A model generated the notes under the pieces. The model saw only the letters and a program-made list of their open reading frames with translations, was not told where the DNA came from and did not search any database. A stretch of DNA of 62,237 nt, filler included. It is 8 parts of 8 records of this genome, joined end to end, with 100 filler letters (N's around TTAATTAATTAA, not from the genome) between each part and the next. Parts side by side here need not be neighbours in the genome. Positions count along the whole stretch, not along the records: positions 38,902 to 43,562 come from SRR20825010_6050; positions 43,663 to 48,322 come from SRR20825010_6052; positions 48,423 to 54,598 come from SRR20825010_6054; 5 more parts are not named here. The stretch is one strand, 5' to 3'. Both the position numbers and the translations under genes were made by a program. This document shows, piece by piece, positions 39,676-49,776 of the stretch (position 1 is the first letter of the stretch; each line of letters starts with the position of its first letter).

Positions 39676-41010
39676 TCAAGCGGGTGACTCAAGCCAATCC
39701 GACAAGCGGGGGTTCTCAATGAACTCCGCCTGGAAAGCCTTCAATTTCTGCGCAGACTGCGGCAATCGGTTTGCCCATTCGGTGGTCAAACCTGGGTCAT
39801 ACCACAGTGCTTTTGCAACCACTTGTGCACTAATATGGGCAGGGTCACAAATCAAGGCAAAGCGGTCGTCTCCCCGAACAATCGCCAGCAGGCCAATTAC
39901 ACCATGATTGATCAACTGGTTCAGTATTTCATCAAGTTGGTCGGGGGGAACCCGGGCAAATACACGCAGTTCTTCCATGGTCATGCCGGGCTTTTCCTGC
40001 TGACGCGATTTTTCCAGCTCCACCAACACGCTCAAGCCCTGCAACCAACGCTCACCGGGCCGGTGGGACTGGTTCCAGTAACCTGTCCGCGCCACCGGCA
40101 AGGCCGCCACGGTGCTGGCACCCAACAAAACAATGATCCAGCTGACATAGATCCACAACAAAAAGATGGGGAACGCCGCCAAGGCGCCGTACAAGGCCGT
40201 GTAACTGGGGAAGTGGGTAATGTAGGCAGCAAAGGCCCGCTTGGATATTTCAAACAAAACCGCTGCCAGCAAACCGCCCACCAAGGCATCTTTCCAATGT
40301 ACGGCACGGTTGGGCACAATCCGGTAAATAAAGGCAAAAGCAAGAACCGTCAGCAACAGCGGAATCAGGTTCAAAACCGGAAACATACCACCCAGTACCG
40401 GGTTTACACCCGCCATTGTGTCGCCAATCAATGCAGTTGACACGCTGATGCTGAGGCCAACCAGCACCGGGGCCAAAGACAACACGGCCCAATAAAGCAC
40501 CACTTTATTCATGATGGAACGTTGCCGCTTGACGTTCCAGATTTGATTGAACACGCGGTCCACCGTGAACATAGTCGTCAATGCCGTAATGACAAGAAAC
40601 ACAATACCGATGGCGGTCAGGCCCTTGGCCTTGTCGGAAAACTGGGTGACGTAGGTCAAAATGGTTTCCGAAAGGGTTTCCGGAAAGAAGCTTTCGATCA
40701 AATAACCCTGCAGGGACATTTGCATGCGATCAAACATTGGGAAGGCGGTAAAAATTGCCAAAGCCACTGTGGCCAGGGGCACCAGCGACAACACCGTGGT
40801 GAATGTCAGGCTGGAGGCAACCTGTGGCAAGCGCTGCTCACTGATTCGCTGCCCCACCAAGCGTGTAAAAGCGATCCACCAACGTACATTCAGCGGCGAC
40901 AATTCAACATCTTCCACTTTGAAGGCACGTCGGGCGCCGCGCATGAATCGTGCACGGCGGGTTTCGAAACTCTTGGTCTCAGTTGTTTCAGAAGGTGCGG
41001 CTGAGCTCAT
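39676..41010 (-). CDS. yihY: YihY/BrkB-family inner-membrane protein with C-terminal winged-helix-like extension
   Basis: ASSLTFTTVLSLVP, FNQIW, YGALAAFPIFLLWIY.SW.IVL.GA; start uncertain (41010 or 41046). Confidence 0.87.
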   Translation of the reverse strand: MSSAAPSETTETKSFETRRARFMRGARRAFKVEDVELSPLNVRWWIAFTRLVGQRISEQRLPQVASSLTFTTVLSLVPLATVALAIFTAFPMFDRMQMSLQGYLIESFFPETLSETILTYVTQFSDKAKGLTAIGIVFLVITALTTMFTVDRVFNQIWNVKRQRSIMNKVVLYWAVLSLAPVLVGLSISVSTALIGDTMAGVNPVLGGMFPVLNLIPLLLTVLAFAFIYRIVPNRAVHWKDALVGGLLAAVLFEISKRAFAAYITHFPSYTALYGALAAFPIFLLWIYVSWIIVLLGASTVAALPVARTGYWNQSHRPGERWLQGLSVLVELEKSRQQEKPGMTMEELRVFARVPPDQLDEILNQLINHGVIGLLAIVRGDDRFALICDPAHISAQVVAKALWYDPGLTTEWANRLPQSAQKLKAFQAEFIENPRLSDWLESPA

Positions 41011-41051
41011 GCGCTTCGATACAATAGGGGTTCCAACAGCCTCCATGATAA

Positions 41052-41665
<614 letters not shown>

Positions 41666-41666
<1 letters not shown>

Positions 41667-42049
41667 TGCGTAGCACCCCTGACATTCAATCCACCCGGAA
41701 CAAGGCCTACTGGGCAACCGTTGCCAGCCTGCTGGCCCTGATCGCCCTGTGTGTGGCCTGGGAGCTGTTTGTTGCGCCCATTCGCCCAGGCGGCAGCTGG
41801 CTTGTGTTGAAAGTGCTGCCTTTGCTGCTGATTGTGCCGGGCATTTTCAAACAGCGTGTGCGCACTTACCAGGCCACCTCACTTCTGGTGTGGCTTTACT
41901 TTGCAGAGGGCGCCACGCGCGCCAGTTCCGACCCCGCCCTTGCTTCACAGCTGATGGCCGGGTTGGAAGTGTTTCTGACCGTTGCACTGTTTGCCAGCGT
42001 CAGCGTGTTTGCGCGTACTTACAAAGTGCCAAAAACCAAGGTAGCCTAA
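41666..42049 (+). CDS. DUF2069-family membrane protein
   Basis: WEL..AP.RPGGSWL.LK.LPL, TYQ..SL.VW.YF.EG; TGATG coupling to wrbA. Confidence 0.85.
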
Positions 42050-42053
42050 GGGC

Positions 42054-43484
42054 ATGAACGAATTTCTTGACCAGTTGCGCAAACGGGTGCCGGGCTTGAT
42101 CCTCAAGACCGACCCGGCAGATATTGCCCACGCGTGCACCGATTGGCGAAAACGCTACCAAACCACTGCACTTGCCCTGCTTGAACCCCTGAATGCAGCA
42201 CAGATTCAGGGCATTGTGAAGGTGTGCGACCAGTTCGATGTGGCCATTTCCACCCAAGGGGGCAACACCGGCTTGGTGGGCGGTGCCGTGCCGGCCGCTG
42301 AGGGTGACGCATCAAGCCGCCCGCATGTGGTGCTTAAAACCGGCCGAATTCGCGAAGCTTTGAAATTGGATGAAAGCAACCTGACCCTGACCGCCAGTGT
42401 GGGTTACACCCTGTATGAAATACAGGAATACGCAAGTGCGCATGGTTTCCTTTTCCCTTTGAGCCTGGCCTCCGAAGGCACATGCACGCTGGGCGGCAAT
42501 TTGGCCAGCAACGCCGGTGGTGTCGCTGTGCTGCGCTACGGCAATACCCGCGAATTGTGCCTGGGGCTGGAATTTGTGAATGCCCAAGGCGAGCTGTGCG
42601 GGGATTTGCGGGGCTTGCGCAAGAACAACACTGGTTACGATTTACGGCACTTGCTGATTGGATCGGAGGGCACGCTGGGCATTGTGACCACCGCCTGTAT
42701 GAAGGTGTACCCTGCCCCAAAAAGCCGATGTGTGGCCTGGCTGAACGTCGACAACATTCAGGCTGCGGTGGACGCACTGGGATTTGTTCAAGGCCATCTG
42801 TTTGGCGAACTAAGCAGCTATGAATGGATGAATGCCAACGCGATCGACGTGGTTCAAACCCATTTCCCAGCCAGGGCTCCGGCCTGCCCCGGCGCTGGTG
42901 ACCACGTGCTGGCGGAATTTACATCACTGGACACGGAGGGCGCGCTGCTTGACCGTGTGAACACCACTCTGGAAGCCTTGCTGGAAGAACAAGCGAGTGT
43001 TCGCAACATTGCAATTGCGCAAAACGGACGGGAAATTGAAACATTCTGGGCCTTGAGGGAAAACATTTCCGAAGCACAGGCCAAAGAGGGTTTGAATGTA
43101 AAACACGATGTGGCCTGTGCCGTGTCGCAATTGCCAACGTTTCACGACATGGCCTTGAATGACATCGTGGAGCATGGCGTGGATGCACGCCCTGTGCTGT
43201 TTGGTCATTTGGGTGACGGCAATTTGCACTTTAATTTGTCTGCCCCCAAAGGAATCGATTCTGCAGCTTTTTTAAAGCAGAACCAGCTACTTTTGAACAG
43301 GCTGGTGCATGAAGCAATTTTGCTGTGCGGGGGAACAGTTTCAGCTGAACACGGTATTGGGCAGTTGAAAGCTGAATTGCTTCGGGAGATTACCAGCAGC
43401 AGTAATTACGCGGCGTTTGTTTCGATTAAACGGGCGATGGATCCCAAAAACCTGTTCAATCCGGGCAAGTTGGTGTTGATTTGA
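42054..43484 (+). CDS. FAD-binding oxidoreductase (D-2-hydroxyacid dehydrogenase/GlcD-like)
   Basis: QGGNTGLVGG, GGNLASNAGG, GSEGTLG, FGHLGDGNLH, SAEHGIG, DP.NLFNPGK. Confidence 0.92.
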   Translation: MNEFLDQLRKRVPGLILKTDPADIAHACTDWRKRYQTTALALLEPLNAAQIQGIVKVCDQFDVAISTQGGNTGLVGGAVPAAEGDASSRPHVVLKTGRIREALKLDESNLTLTASVGYTLYEIQEYASAHGFLFPLSLASEGTCTLGGNLASNAGGVAVLRYGNTRELCLGLEFVNAQGELCGDLRGLRKNNTGYDLRHLLIGSEGTLGIVTTACMKVYPAPKSRCVAWLNVDNIQAAVDALGFVQGHLFGELSSYEWMNANAIDVVQTHFPARAPACPGAGDHVLAEFTSLDTEGALLDRVNTTLEALLEEQASVRNIAIAQNGREIETFWALRENISEAQAKEGLNVKHDVACAVSQLPTFHDMALNDIVEHGVDARPVLFGHLGDGNLHFNLSAPKGIDSAAFLKQNQLLLNRLVHEAILLCGGTVSAEHGIGQLKAELLREITSSSNYAAFVSIKRAMDPKNLFNPGKLVLI

Positions 43485-43562
43485 AAGGTCGAATCTTTTT
43501 GGTAACTCGGAGAGGGTGCGCTTTTCGTAAAACCAACTCGGCGGGGTTGCCCGATTCCGCAC

Positions 43563-43662
43563 NNNNNNNNNNNNNNNNNNNNNNNNNNNNNNNNNNNNNN
43601 NNNNNNTTAATTAATTAANNNNNNNNNNNNNNNNNNNNNNNNNNNNNNNNNNNNNNNNNNNN
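43563..43662. other. Artificial contig spacer
   Basis: N44-TTAATTAATTAA-N44. Confidence 0.99.
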
Positions 43663-43717
43663 CCCCTTGCCAGCTACGCTGCAGTTGCTATTTTTTATTG
43701 GATGACACGACAGACAC

Positions 43718-43750
43718 AAAAAAAAGCCCGCGCAAATGGCGGGCCTTTTT
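43718..43750 (-). terminator. Intrinsic terminator after ndk
   Basis: A8-GCCCGC-loop-GCGGGC-CTTTTT. Confidence 0.75.
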
Positions 43751-43766
43751 ATTGGGACTTGAGCGC

Positions 43767-44189
43767 CTAGCCGTGGATTTCGGAGCCGGAGAAGAAATAG
43801 GCAATCTCGATTGCGGCGTTGGCCTGGCTGTCGGAACCATGAACGGAGTTGGCCTCGATGCTTTCGGCGAATTCCTTGCGGATCGTGCCCTCATCCGCAT
43901 CAGCGGGGTTAGTTGCGCCCATGACCTCGCGGTTCTTCATGATGGCGTTTTCCCCTTCCAGGACCTGCACGATAACCGGGCCGGACACCATGAAATCGCA
44001 AAGCTCCCCAAAGAACGGCCGTTCCTTGTGAACGCTGTAGAAAGTCTCGGCATTTTCGCGGGTCATCTGGATGCGCTTCTGCGCGACGATCTTGAGGCCC
44101 GCTTCTTCCAGCTTGGCATTGATCTTACCGGTCAGGTTGCGGCGGGTCGCATCGGGTTTGATGATGGAGAAAGTACGTTCAAGAGCCAT
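43767..44189 (-). CDS. ndk: Nucleoside diphosphate kinase
   Basis: [27 protein letters not shown]; 140 aa. Confidence 0.98.
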   Translation of the reverse strand: MALERTFSIIKPDATRRNLTGKINAKLEEAGLKIVAQKRIQMTRENAETFYSVHKERPFFGELCDFMVSGPVIVQVLEGENAIMKNREVMGATNPADADEGTIRKEFAESIEANSVHGSDSQANAAIEIAYFFSGSEIHG

Positions 44190-44389
44190 TGGGTCACTCA
44201 CCTTAAATATAGGGGACAAAGGAATATTTCCGCGCCTTATAGCGCCCCCGCCCGCCCACGGCAAGGCGTTTGATCCCAATTTATCCCGCTGTTTCCTTTT
44301 TGGGGCCGGTTTAGCCCGCCCAAGCCCTGATTTTCCCATATTGTTCCAGATAACCGCGAAGCCGACAGATCCCGTAACAAGGGGGAAAT

Positions 44390-44512
44390 TTATATCAGGT
44401 CTTTCTTTTTCAGTTCCTTGTTCCGGAGCGAAATTTTCCACAGATACCCGCAGCCGAGAAAGAACACGCCAATCCCCCCGAAAAATATGCCTAAATTCGC
44501 CAAATTTGCCAT
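44390..44512 (-). CDS. Putative 40-aa single-pass membrane protein (below the ORF-track cutoff)
   Basis: Hand translation [51 protein letters not shown] upstream; hydrophobic helix then Lys-rich tail. Confidence 0.6.
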   Translation of the reverse strand: MANLANLGIFFGGIGVFFLGCGYLWKISLRNKELKKKDLI

Positions 44513-44619
44513 CTGCCCACCCCTTTGATGTCATGCGCTAACCCAATATACCGCAGGATGGAGGCGACGCCAAATTAAGGGCGCGTGACAATCGCACGTG
44601 GGGAGGGTTTTGCCGTCAT

Positions 44620-45885
44620 TTACCTGTCCGGCGGGGTCCAGTCGCTTTCCACGGAATTGCGCCGGCTAAACCGCAGGGCAAGGCCGATGGAGACCCCGGC
44701 GCCAATGGCCACGGTCAAATCGACGATGACGGTCAGGATAAGGGTCAGCAACAGAAGGAAGATGTCACTTTTCCGTCCGCGCAAATACTCCCCCCATTTA
44801 TGCGGTTCGGTCATGTTCCAGGCGGTGACGATCAGAAGCGCGGCAAGGGCCGGCAAGGCGAGATAGCCCGCAAGCGGCGCGGCAAGCAGCATCACCAGCA
44901 GAATGACAACGGCATGGACAATTCCCGCCACCGGCGTTTTTCCGCCCGCCTTGACGTTGGTCGCCGTCCGCGCAATCGCGCCGGTTGCCGGAAGGCCCGT
45001 GAACAGCGCCGAGGCGATATTGGCCATCCCTTGCGCGGAGAGTTCGGCATTCGGTCTGTGATGCCCCTCGATCATTTTATCCGCAACCATGGCGGAGAGG
45101 AGCGATTCAACGGCCGCCAGAAAGGCAATGATAAAGGCGGAGGGGAGCAGCTCAATAATCCGCGAGACGGAAAAGTCCGGCAGTTCCGGCCAGGGGAGCT
45201 GGCTTGGCAATTCCCCGAAGCGGGAGCCGAGCGTCTCCACCGGTAAATTCATGAACACCACCAGAGCCGAGCCAACGCCCACGGCAACGATCAGCCCCGG
45301 AAAACGGGGGGCAACCCGGCGCAGGACAATAATCAGAACCAGCGTGATAATCGCAACCGCGAATGTCGCCAGACTGAACGTCTCCCGCACATCCCAAAGC
45401 GCGGGGATTTTCTCAAGAAAATCGGCGGGCAAATTCGCCACGCTCAGACCCAGAAAATCCTTCAACTGGCTCGTGGCGATAATAACGCCGATCCCGATGG
45501 TGAAGCCGTTCACCACCGCCTCCGGCACAAACGCGATCAGGTTCCCGGCGCGAAAATACCCCGCAATGAGCAGAATAATGCCCGCCATGAAGGTTGCCAG
45601 AACAAGACCGTCATAGCCATGCTCGGCAATCACGCCAAAAACCACGACGATAAAGGCACCTGTCGGACCGCCGATCTGCACCCGGCTCCCGCCGAGCAGG
45701 GAGATCAGGAAGCCCGCGACGATAGCCGTCACGATGCCCTTCGCCGGATCGGCCCCGGACGCAATCGCAATGGCAAGACTGAGCGGCAGGGCAACCATGG
45801 CAACGGTCGCGCCCGCCAGCAAATCGGATATAAACAAGGACCAGCTATAGGACTGGATTGTCGTCAGGATCTTTGGTTGACGCAT
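44620..45885 (-). CDS. SulP/SLC26 anion transporter lacking a STAS domain
   Basis: DLLAG.TVA.VALPLS.A.A, GGS..QIGGPTGA, ESLLSA, TGAIARTA.N; ends about 16 aa after the last TM. Confidence 0.9.
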   Translation of the reverse strand: MRQPKILTTIQSYSWSLFISDLLAGATVAMVALPLSLAIAIASGADPAKGIVTAIVAGFLISLLGGSRVQIGGPTGAFIVVVFGVIAEHGYDGLVLATFMAGIILLIAGYFRAGNLIAFVPEAVVNGFTIGIGVIIATSQLKDFLGLSVANLPADFLEKIPALWDVRETFSLATFAVAIITLVLIIVLRRVAPRFPGLIVAVGVGSALVVFMNLPVETLGSRFGELPSQLPWPELPDFSVSRIIELLPSAFIIAFLAAVESLLSAMVADKMIEGHHRPNAELSAQGMANIASALFTGLPATGAIARTATNVKAGGKTPVAGIVHAVVILLVMLLAAPLAGYLALPALAALLIVTAWNMTEPHKWGEYLRGRKSDIFLLLLTLILTVIVDLTVAIGAGVSIGLALRFSRRNSVESDWTPPDR

Positions 45886-45966
45886 CAGGAGAACTTATGA
45901 ACGGAGTGATACGATGTGCTTTGTTTATAGACACAATTCCAGCCGGTCGTACAGTAAATAGAGATA

Positions 45967-45995
45967 GCCGGACGGGATTCCCTCTCCCGCCCGGC
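45967..45995 (-). terminator. Stem-loop after the GFA gene
   Basis: GCCGGACGGGA-N7-TCCCGCCCGGC (one G-U pair on the minus strand). Confidence 0.5.
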
Positions 45996-46016
45996 CCTGA
46001 TGGCAGCGCGCTGGCG

Positions 46017-46436
46017 TCACGCGGTCGGCATTTTCTTATATGCCGGGAGGGCGGCGTCCATCTTGTCCCACGCCGGCCCCCGCGACGCATAGGTCACCAC
46101 GGCCGGAGTGAACATCGCCGGGTCGTCCAGACTGCCGGCATGGACCGCGACGAGGGCGGGCATCGCCGCGAAAGCAAGATAGACCGGCGCGCCGCAGATG
46201 GCGCAGAAGCAGTGGATTTTCTCGTTTCCGCTGTCCGCCACAACCCGCCATTCCATCACCTTCCCCGTAATATTGACCGCGCGGCGGTCTGGAAAGGTGA
46301 GGTAGGAGCCATGCCCCGTCCCGCTCCTGCGTTGACAATGGCGGCACTGGCAATGGTTCTGGAACACTGGGGCGCTTGCCGTCTCATAGCGAACCGCGCC
46401 GCAGGCACATCCGCCGGTATATTGTCTTTCCGACAT
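46017..46436 (-). CDS. GFA/CENP-V family Zn-binding protein
   Basis: GGCACGAVRY, CQCRHCQR, FCAICG, GSLDD. Confidence 0.9.
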   Translation of the reverse strand: MSERQYTGGCACGAVRYETASAPVFQNHCQCRHCQRRSGTGHGSYLTFPDRRAVNITGKVMEWRVVADSGNEKIHCFCAICGAPVYLAFAAMPALVAVHAGSLDDPAMFTPAVVTYASRGPAWDKMDAALPAYKKMPTA

Positions 46437-46463
46437 CGTTAAAGTCCTTTCAGATTAACGCCC

Positions 46464-46940
46464 TCACGCCGCGGCACCGGTGGCGCAGGGCTCCGCGAAA
46501 ACATCAATCGCCTCGTCCGTCTCCAGATAGGATTTCAGGCTTGAAAGGACCAGCGGCCAGCCTTTCGAGATGCCGATCGCCATGCCGCTGCCCGCCTCCA
46601 GCTCGTCATGGGTGACGGTCAGCCGTACCATATTCTCATACGGCACCAGATCGAAGGTGACGCGACTGTGTTTCTCCGGGTCCGCATAGTCCGCCGGGTC
46701 CGACCAGCTGATGACGAGGCGTTTGGGGGCATCGACCTCAAGCACGTTGCCCGCAATGTTGACCTTGCGGTCCTCATTATCGCGGACATGCTCCCATTTC
46801 GAGCCCACCTGCCAGTCGGAGACATTCTCATGCCCCCAGTAGCGCGCCGCGACCTCGGGCCGGGTAATCGCCTCGAATATCTTTTCCGGCGTCGCGCGGA
46901 TGAAGGTCACATACACAAAAGTCGTCTTTTCCTTACTCAT
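46464..46940 (-). CDS. SRPBCC/AHSA1-like ligand-binding protein
   Basis: YVTFIRATPEKIFEAIT, SDW.VGS.W, GWP.VLS.LKS.LET. Confidence 0.88.
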   Translation of the reverse strand: MSKEKTTFVYVTFIRATPEKIFEAITRPEVAARYWGHENVSDWQVGSKWEHVRDNEDRKVNIAGNVLEVDAPKRLVISWSDPADYADPEKHSRVTFDLVPYENMVRLTVTHDELEAGSGMAIGISKGWPLVLSSLKSYLETDEAIDVFAEPCATGAAA

Positions 46941-47256
46941 CATTCTCTCCTTCCAGTTCGGTTTTCAAATCATGCAGCAGGCTCAATCGCTGCTGCTCGA
47001 ATTTTCGTATCCAGCGTTCATAGATGGTCTGCAGCGGCACCGGGTTGAGGAAATGCAACTTTTCCCGCCCCCTTTTTACCGTTGAGACCAGATTGGCCTC
47101 CTCCAGCAGGCCGATATGCTGCGTCACGGACTGGCGTTTCATGTCCATATGCTCGCATAACTGCCCCAGCGTCTGGCCGTTCTTCTCGCAGAGCAGGTCC
47201 AGCAGTTTCCTGCGGGTCGGATCGCCCAGCGCCTTGAATGTCTTGTCATCGTCCAT
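46933..47256 (-). CDS. ArsR/SmtB-family regulator (type paired with SRPBCC genes)
   Basis: FKALGDPTRRKLLD, QHIGLLEEANLV, GREKLHFLNPVP...RWI. Confidence 0.9.
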   Translation of the reverse strand: MDDDKTFKALGDPTRRKLLDLLCEKNGQTLGQLCEHMDMKRQSVTQHIGLLEEANLVSTVKRGREKLHFLNPVPLQTIYERWIRKFEQQRLSLLHDLKTELEGENDE

Positions 47257-47280
47257 ACTCTACCTCTTGGCGTGGATAAT

Positions 47281-47300
47281 ATGCAGGCATTTACCTGCAT
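47281..47300. promoter_or_regulatory. Putative ArsR operator
   Basis: ATGCAGG-CATTTA-CCTGCAT palindrome 24 bp upstream of the arsR ATG, abutting a minus-strand TTGACA (47300-47305). Confidence 0.7.
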
Positions 47301-47382
47301 GTCAACAGAATTGTTCTGAATTCACGTGCAAGTCCCATTTTCCGGCTTTCGGGCCGCCGCGCTTTCTGTTAGAGAGTGCCCC

Positions 47383-48322
47383 ATGCTGCAAATCAAGGAT
47401 CTGACATACCGCATCGCGGGCCGTACGCTGCTGGAAAATGCCTCGCTGCATATTCCGGTCGGGCATAAATTTGGCCTGATCGGGCGGAATGGCACGGGCA
47501 AGTCAACCCTGCTCAAGCTGATCACCCATGAAATCCAGCAGGATGGCGGCACGATCGAGCTGCGCAACGGCGCACGTCTTGGCGTGTTGCCGCAGGAGGC
47601 GCCGGGCGGCCCGGAAAGCCTGATCGAGGCCGTGCTCGCCGCCGATGTGGAGCGCGCAGAGCTCATGCAGGAGGCGGAGACCGCCACCGACGGCATGAGG
47701 ATTGCCGAGATTCATACCCGCCTCGCCGATATCGACGCCCATACGGCGGAAGCGCGGGCGGCGAAAATCCTCGCTGGCCTCGGTTTCGACCATGAGGCGC
47801 AGCAGCGCTCCTGCTCCTCCTTCTCCGGTGGCTGGCGGACGCGTGTCGCGCTTGCGGGCACGCTCTTTGCCGAGCCGGACCTCCTCCTCCTCGATGAGCC
47901 GAGCAACTATCTCGATCTTGAGGCGACGCTGTGGCTGGAGAATTTCCTCCGCGGGTATCAGCGCACCCTCGTCATCATCAGCCATGACAAGGACTTGCTG
48001 AATAACGTGGTGACGGAGATTGCCCATCTCGACCAGATGAAGCTGGTTAAATATACCGGCAACTATGATTTCTTCGAGAAGACCCGCCGCGAGCAGATGG
48101 AGCTTCTCGCCGGCATGGCCCGCAAGCAGGAAACCCAGCGCAAGCATCTGCAATCTTTCGTCGATCGGTTCCGCGCCAAGGCCTCGAAAGCCCGTCAGGC
48201 CCAGAGCCGGGTGAAGATGCTCGAAAAGATGAAGCCGGTCGTCGGCATTGTCGATGAGCATACGGCGAGCCTGACCTTCCACGCGCCGGAGCCGCTCTCC
48301 TCCCCCATTATCACCATGGAGC
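47383..48322 (+). CDS. ABC-F family ATPase (YheS-like), 3' partial
   Basis: GRNGTGKST, FSGGWR, LLLDEP, ISHD, RAKASKARQAQSR linker. Confidence 0.93.
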
Positions 48323-48422
48323 NNNNNNNNNNNNNNNNNNNNNNNNNNNNNNNNNNNNNNNNNNNNTTAATTAATTAANNNNNNNNNNNNNNNNNNNNNN
48401 NNNNNNNNNNNNNNNNNNNNNN
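48323..48422. other. Artificial contig spacer
   Basis: N44-TTAATTAATTAA-N44. Confidence 0.99.
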
Positions 48423-48443
48423 CTCTCTCCCGGAGGGAGAGGG
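48423..48443. repeat. Partial CCCTCTCCC/GGGAGAGGG REP-like palindrome at contig end
   Basis: CTCTCTCCC-GGA-GGGAGAGGG; a repeat here could explain the assembly break. Confidence 0.5.
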
Positions 48444-48452
48444 AATAAAAGT

Positions 48453-48485
48453 AAAGGCTCTCCGGTGTTCCGCCGGAGAGCCTTT
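48453..48485 (-). terminator. Intrinsic terminator after the diiron protein gene
   Basis: AAAGGCTCTCCGG-N7-CCGGAGAGCCTTT. Confidence 0.75.
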
Positions 48486-48545
48486 TTGGGTGCAGTCTGT
48501 TGGATCCGATGAGGGCGGACAGACTGCGTTGGGGTCTCGTTGATC

Positions 48546-49685
48546 CTATTCGGCGGCCTGACTGCCCATGGCGTAGATGGCCGCCTCGCCGCCTGCACCG
48601 TTAATGGCAAGCAGCGAGCGGATGCCTTGCTCGGCAATGTCGTCGCCGATCATGCGGTCGCCTTCGCCATGCAGTTCTTCCATGTCCACATAGGCCGCAT
48701 ATTGCGCCGAGGTGCGCTTGGTGATGATGCCGGCTTTCAGCAACGTCTTGATGAGGACGCGGAAAACGCTGGTGCTTTCCTGCATGGTGGAGCGGAGCTT
48801 CTTGTCGGTCATGGCTTCGAGCAAGGCCGACTGGACCCAGCGCCAGTCGAGGCCGATCTTTTCGTAGATGACTTTCTTCTGCTCAGGGCCGGTGGAATTG
48901 CGCAGCAAGGTCATGAAGACCTCAAGCGCCCAATCCTCGATCATGTCGCGTTCGGCCTCGGGCAGGTTCGGCACTGTGCGGTCGGCCCAGATCTTGCCGA
49001 ATTTGTGGTGGAAGGCCTCGTCTGTCATCACGAATTGCATGAGCTTTTTCATCAGGGGGTCATGCGTGTCTGTGTAGAACTTGGCGAAAGTGCCCATGGC
49101 GAGACCTTCGACAATCATCTGCATGCCGACGAGCTTTTTCCATGCGAGCGGCGTGGAGACGATTTCGGCCAGAAGTTTTTCCAGCACAAGGCCGCAGGCT
49201 GTGGGCTTGCCCCAGCGCGCCTGAATATATTTGGCAAAGCCTGTGACGTGGCGGGCTTCCTCGCGGGTCTGGTTGGCGGCATATTCCTGCGCACCGGGAT
49301 CGCGCAGGATGTGGCAGAGCGAGGCAGACAGCGCCAAAGCGCCCTGCTCGCCATGCAGGATGGAGGACATGGTCCAGCGCACGGATTCGTTGACCAGATA
49401 GATCTTCTGGCCTTCGTCGAGCTTGTCGGAGACCGCCGATTGCATTTCGAGATTGAAATCCATCGGCACGAGCAAATCTGTGTCGAGATTCCACGTATCG
49501 TTGAAGTCGATATATTTGGGGTCCAGCGGATCCCAGAAATGGTCATGGGTGGCGGAAATGATTTTGTCGAAAGCGGTGGAGCGGTTGCCGTAGCGGTCCA
49601 CATCCATCATCGCGGGAAAGTCATCGGGCGCGACTGTCTCGTAAGCGGCGTCGACCGTCATGCTCTTGTTGCTACCAGCGGACAT
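48546..49685 (-). CDS. Ferritin-like diiron-carboxylate enzyme (AurF/desaturase-like fold)
   Basis: HGEQGAL...EEARH...VEGLA...DEAFHH ligand pattern; GGGAGGAG RBS before MSAG. Confidence 0.82.
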   Translation of the reverse strand: MSAGSNKSMTVDAAYETVAPDDFPAMMDVDRYGNRSTAFDKIISATHDHFWDPLDPKYIDFNDTWNLDTDLLVPMDFNLEMQSAVSDKLDEGQKIYLVNESVRWTMSSILHGEQGALALSASLCHILRDPGAQEYAANQTREEARHVTGFAKYIQARWGKPTACGLVLEKLLAEIVSTPLAWKKLVGMQMIVEGLAMGTFAKFYTDTHDPLMKKLMQFVMTDEAFHHKFGKIWADRTVPNLPEAERDMIEDWALEVFMTLLRNSTGPEQKKVIYEKIGLDWRWVQSALLEAMTDKKLRSTMQESTSVFRVLIKTLLKAGIITKRTSAQYAAYVDMEELHGEGDRMIGDDIAEQGIRSLLAINGAGGEAAIYAMGSQAAE

Positions 49686-49730
49686 CACTTCTCCTCCCAA
49701 ATCAGAAATGTCTATGGGAGAAGGATGATA

Positions 49731-49770
49731 TGCGGAGTTTGACTCCGCAATCCTGAATCGGCACTCCGCA
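49731..49770. promoter_or_regulatory. Palindromic operator upstream of the diiron gene
   Basis: TGCGGAGT-TTG-ACTCCGCA plus a further ACTCCGCA half-site 21 bp away. Confidence 0.6.
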
Positions 49771-49776
49771 AAATTT

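Noticed and set aside
44190..44534. 115-aa N-terminal extension of Ndk in the ORF track
   Set aside because: The canonical MALERT start gives a normal 140-aa Ndk, and the region holds a better small ORF in another frame.
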